Below the pieces are notes generated by a model. That model ran no database searches and had not been told where the DNA came from. It saw nothing but the letters and a program-made list of their open reading frames with translations. Positions 60,167 to 64,000 of a stretch of 64,000 nt of DNA are shown one piece after another. Source of the DNA: Desulfatiglandales bacterium (GTDB lineage: Bacteria > Desulfobacterota > DSM-4660 > Desulfatiglandales > Desulfatiglandaceae); NCBI GenBank assembly GCA_963666345.1, contig OY762721.1:3936001-4000000 (forward strand), read 5' to 3'. The first letter of the stretch is position 1; every line of letters begins with the position of its first letter. Both the position numbers and the translations under genes were made by a program.

Positions 60167-61846
60167 ATGAAAACGGCATTGATGTTTAAGTGGATCGAGA
60201 GTCATTACAATTCGATAAAGTCTTCAGCTGTTTTGATGATTATTCTTTCCGTCCCGGCCGTTTACGGACTCGTGTATCTAACGGGTGGACCCAATGTGTA
60301 TACGCATTCCATGTATGTGCCGATCCTTATCGGTAGCCTTGTTTTCGGTATGAGGGGAGGTATTGTGGTAGGAGTGATTGCCGGTGCCACGCTTGGCCCT
60401 TTCATGCCGCTTGACACCGTCACAATGGAGCCTCAGACGGCTGTCAGCTGGCTATATAGAAGCGGATTTTTCGTTATCATGGGAATCTTGTGCGGTGCCT
60501 TCAGCGATAGCATCCAGCGATACCTGAAACATCTTAAATGGTTTACTCTCCACGATACCGATACGGGATTGCCTGACAGATCTGCATTGATGAATGATTT
60601 GAAAATCCTGAAGTCCACAGGGAAAGGCGCAGGGCCAAAGGCACTCGTCGTGGTATCCATAGAAAACGCCCTGGAGCTTGAGGTGACCTTCGGCCCCGAT
60701 GTAACAGGCGGGATAATCAAGCAGATGGCTTCAGACATAGTTGAGCTTTTGGGGGATAAAACAGAGGTGTACCGCATCAGCACATATCTTTTAGCTGCCT
60801 TGCTATTCACTGAGGAGCGGGACGACAACAGAACAGTACGGGCGAGACTCATGGATAAATTCCGGAGCCCTGTGTCATATAAGGACATATCACTACATGC
60901 CGACATACGAGCCGGATATACCGACCTTTCAAAATCTAATCAGGAGCCGATTCGGTATTTGCAGGAAGCTGAAGCGGCACTAAGGTCTGCCTGTGAAAGG
61001 GCGCATACATGGGCAATTTACACCCCGGAACTCAATCACGGGGCTGCAAGGGAAAACCTGGAGCTGCTTGGTGAATTAAAGGAGGCAGTGGACAGAAAGC
61101 AATTAGCTCTTCATTATCAACCCAAAGTCTCATTCAACTCCGGAGCCGTACTCGGAGTTGAGGCGCTCATGCGGTGGACACATCCAAAACTTGGCAATGT
61201 GCCTCCCGGAAAGTTCATACCTCGCGCTGAACAGAGCACTCTTATAGATATGTTAACCGAATGGGCCATTGATACCGCACTGGCCCAGCTGGTAGAGTGG
61301 AAGAAATCGGGTATTGTGCTTTCAGTAGCTGTAAACATCTCCACACGGAACTTATTGGAGCCCAATTTTGCCGCAAGGGTTCTCAAACAGTTGGATAATT
61401 ATAAGGTCAATGGTGGGTCACTTGAGCTTGAGGTCACGGAATGGGCGCTCATGAAAGACATACGACATTCATTTGCCAATATATCCAAATTATCCAAAGC
61501 TGGTGTAATTTTTTCTATTGATGATTTTGGAACCGGGTATGCCTCGCTTGAATACCTAAAGGATTTTCCTGCTTCTTCAATCAAGATAGACCAGATATTC
61601 ATTCGAGAAATATGGGATCGTAAGCGCCCGGAGCTGATTGTTGAGTCATCAGTCAACATGGCCCACTTGCTTGAAATTAAGGCGGTCGCAGAAGGAGTTG
61701 AAGACATTGCCTCATATAAGCTGCTTTGTGATTTGGGCTGTGATGTGGCCCAGGGCTATTTTATAAGCCGGCCTGTTCCGGCACCGGAGTTTGCTGAATG
61801 GTATAAGAAATCTGGTGGGATTTTTAAAACGGAGGATAGAAGCTGA
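60167..61846 (+). CDS. Membrane protein with degenerate GGDEF and intact EAL domain (c-di-GMP phosphodiesterase)
   Basis: HDTDTGLPDR but RISTYL at the GGDEF site; YQPK, EALMRW, DDFGTGY; start placed at 60167 after RBS AAGGAG. Confidence 0.9.
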   Translation: MKTALMFKWIESHYNSIKSSAVLMIILSVPAVYGLVYLTGGPNVYTHSMYVPILIGSLVFGMRGGIVVGVIAGATLGPFMPLDTVTMEPQTAVSWLYRSGFFVIMGILCGAFSDSIQRYLKHLKWFTLHDTDTGLPDRSALMNDLKILKSTGKGAGPKALVVVSIENALELEVTFGPDVTGGIIKQMASDIVELLGDKTEVYRISTYLLAALLFTEERDDNRTVRARLMDKFRSPVSYKDISLHADIRAGYTDLSKSNQEPIRYLQEAEAALRSACERAHTWAIYTPELNHGAARENLELLGELKEAVDRKQLALHYQPKVSFNSGAVLGVEALMRWTHPKLGNVPPGKFIPRAEQSTLIDMLTEWAIDTALAQLVEWKKSGIVLSVAVNISTRNLLEPNFAARVLKQLDNYKVNGGSLELEVTEWALMKDIRHSFANISKLSKAGVIFSIDDFGTGYASLEYLKDFPASSIKIDQIFIREIWDRKRPELIVESSVNMAHLLEIKAVAEGVEDIASYKLLCDLGCDVAQGYFISRPVPAPEFAEWYKKSGGIFKTEDRS

Positions 61847-62018
61847 TCTCATAAAGCGTCATGCAGGAAAATGTTCAAATGTTTTTTTTGAACAAAAACC
61901 GAAAAAAACGCAATCTATGGTTTGGGCCTTATTAAGTCGTGCATCTGATGCTTATCTTTGGCATATTCAATTTTTGAAGTTGGTCGGAATTTTGTGGATA
62001 GGATAATTAAGCACAACG

Positions 62019-64000
62019 TCATCCTTTGGCCGCATCCAACACTTTTCGGACCGTTTTCGCCAGATCCGCCTTTCCAGTCGGCTTATAGACAATTGCCTTA
62101 ATTCCGATTTCAGATGCCGTTTCATCTGAAATTTTTTTGCTGTATCCCGTGCATAGAATAACCGGAAGATTGGGTCTGAAAGAAATTAATTCCATAGCCA
62201 ACTTGTCCCCGGTCATGTTGGGCATCGTCATGTCGGTAATGACCAGATCGAAATCATCGAATTTAGATCGAAACAGTTCCAGCGCTTCAACGCTGCTGGT
62301 GCAAACCGTTACTCGATAACCCAGGCGTTCCAGAACTTGGCTGCCCATTTTAGCGATAGGCAGTTCATCATCAATGAGCAGAATACGTTCAGTTCCGGAA
62401 GGCAGTTTCTCTTTTTGGTATAGTTGATAATCTTCACGCTTTTTTGTAAGGGGCAGATAAATTGTAAAAACAGTACCCTTGCCTAATGCACTGTCAACGG
62501 TAATTTTGCCACCATAAGTTTCGACGATGCCGTGCACCAACGCAAGCCCCATGCCGGTGCCCTCACCGACGCCCTTGGTGGTAAAATACGGCTCAAAAAT
62601 GGAGCCGATGATATCCGGCGCAATGCCGTGGCCGGTGTCCGATACCTTTATTTCAAGGTAGTTTCCTTGTTTTAAGTTCATGTTTTTCCATTTTTCTCTC
62701 CTATCAACCACCACGTCATTCAAGGTTATCTCAAGAATGCCACCTTCATCTTCCATGGCATGAGAGGCATTGGTGCATAAATTCATCAGTATTTGATGAA
62801 CCTGTGTGGCATTACCCATTATAAAGGAATTGCTCTCAATATTCTGTTTGATTTCAATTGTAGTTGGGATCGACGAGCGAATAAATTGAAACACTTCTTT
62901 GACGATTGTATGAACTTGAATGGGTTTGACCTCTTCATCTGCCTGCCGGGCAAAAGCCAATATCTGTTTGACCAAATTTCTGGCCCTCTTTCCCGCTGTA
63001 TTTACCTCCTGAAGATTGTCTTCCAGCGGTGTTCCTTCTGCCACATCATCAAGGGCTAATTCTGTAAACCCTATTATGGATGATAAGATATTGTTAAAAT
63101 CATGAGCGATACCGCCAGCCAAATTCCCTATGGATTCCATCTTCTGGGCTTGCCTTAACTCCTGTTCCAATTTTTCTTTTTCTTGTCCTGCTCTTTTTTG
63201 ATCCGTGATGTCTTGAATCACACCCAAGACTTTTAACGGTGCACCAGAGTCATCCTTTATGATTTCAGCATTGGATCGAATCGTTCTCATTTTTGAGCCG
63301 GAAACCGGATGAATATCAAACTCAAGATTATATGGTTTGTCTTTTTCAATCAGGTCGATGAGTGCCTGATGGACCCTTTCTCTTTCCGGGATACAATTTT
63401 CTACTTCATCGGTCGTAAATTGTTTGCTGTCTGGATCAAACCCATAGATTTTCTTTGCTTGGTCAGACCCCCAGAATGTTTCGGTGACAAGATCATATTC
63501 CCAGTTTCCTACTTTCCCCATTCGCTGGGCACTTTTATATCGATATTCATTTTTTTTAAGGGCATCTTCAGATTTTTTCCGGAGAATGACCTCTGCTTTA
63601 AGCCGTTTGTTCCAGATCAAAACAAACCCGATTATTAACAAAGCGATCCCAATGACACCCAGAACCCATTTTAATACATAGGTTTTATCTATACCGTATT
63701 CATATCGGATGGAAAGCCACTTATTCCGGATGGCTGCATGTTCCTCCGGTGTCATAGACGCAAGTGTTTTATTAATAATGCTGACTAATTCCGGCCAGTC
63801 GCTGCGTATAGCCATGGCCTGATTATGATTGTCAAATGGTGTTGGAGCGGCTACCTTTACGTTCGTATATCCCTTGGTCTGTATCGTATAAGTGGTCGAC
63901 AAGAGGTTGCCGATGTATGCGTCAACCAACCCTGTGGACAGATCTTTAACCGGTATTTGAGCAAAATTATTCAGACTGGCTGAAACCACTTTCAGCCTGA
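62019..64000 (-). CDS. Hybrid histidine kinase (periplasmic binding domain, TM, PAS, HisKA, HATPase, REC); 5' end outside the window
   Basis: GGIAHDFNNIL, FEPYFTTK, GTGMGL, TDMTMP; frame runs to the window edge. Confidence 0.92.
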   Translation of the reverse strand, partial: RLKVVSASLNNFAQIPVKDLSTGLVDAYIGNLLSTTYTIQTKGYTNVKVAAPTPFDNHNQAMAIRSDWPELVSIINKTLASMTPEEHAAIRNKWLSIRYEYGIDKTYVLKWVLGVIGIALLIIGFVLIWNKRLKAEVILRKKSEDALKKNEYRYKSAQRMGKVGNWEYDLVTETFWGSDQAKKIYGFDPDSKQFTTDEVENCIPERERVHQALIDLIEKDKPYNLEFDIHPVSGSKMRTIRSNAEIIKDDSGAPLKVLGVIQDITDQKRAGQEKEKLEQELRQAQKMESIGNLAGGIAHDFNNILSSIIGFTELALDDVAEGTPLEDNLQEVNTAGKRARNLVKQILAFARQADEEVKPIQVHTIVKEVFQFIRSSIPTTIEIKQNIESNSFIMGNATQVHQILMNLCTNASHAMEDEGGILEITLNDVVVDRREKWKNMNLKQGNYLEIKVSDTGHGIAPDIIGSIFEPYFTTKGVGEGTGMGLALVHGIVETYGGKITVDSALGKGTVFTIYLPLTKKREDYQLYQKEKLPSGTERILLIDDELPIAKMGSQVLERLGYRVTVCTSSVEALELFRSKFDDFDLVITDMTMPNMTGDKLAMELISFRPNLPVILCTGYSKKISDETASEIGIKAIVYKPTGKADLAKTVRKVLDAAKG

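Overview
A gene-dense 64-kb bacterial chromosomal window. Gene content (MglAB, DUF4388, hybrid kinases, groESL, CoA-transferase, characteristic intergenic repeats) suggests an anaerobic deltaproteobacterium (Desulfobacterota-like); this is an inference. In order it holds: a VWA-PspA-membrane operon; a hybrid kinase plus REC-HD-GYP pair; a rhodanese-ferritin fusion; an MglB/MglA module with a DUF4388 protein and a zinc-ribbon protein; a radical SAM gene; groES-groEL; IHF; a Cys-rich ribbon-helix-helix regulator heading a znuACB-like operon; a ~19-kb minus-strand run (dead radical-SAM/GNAT fusion, RimK-like ligase, PP-loop protein, enoyl-CoA hydratase, membrane adenylate cyclase, cNMP-binding NTT/HEAT transporter, FGE-domain protein, GshB-like ligase, peptide ABC transporter, N-formylglutamate amidohydrolase); a CoA-transferase pair; a second cyclase; tspO; ridA, dpaL and an aminotransferase; two exported caspase-like proteins; a globin-PsiE fusion; an EAL protein; and a truncated hybrid kinase. 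Most notable: (1) the first cyclase has an in-frame TGA after a strong RBS/start with a hairpin directly 3' of it, making it a candidate selenocysteine-containing cyclase, encoded next to a cNMP-binding transporter; (2) an 18-bp TGCACA-N6-TGTGCA palindrome recurs at two loci, beside an unannotated 9-Cys desulforedoxin-like gene with tspO and beside a globin gene; (3) a possible non-Zur zinc regulator has a visible operator; (4) a decayed four-helix-bundle cassette has inverted ends that recur elsewhere in the window. No rRNA, tRNA, cas or transposase genes were seen. Family assignments come from motif recognition, not database searches.
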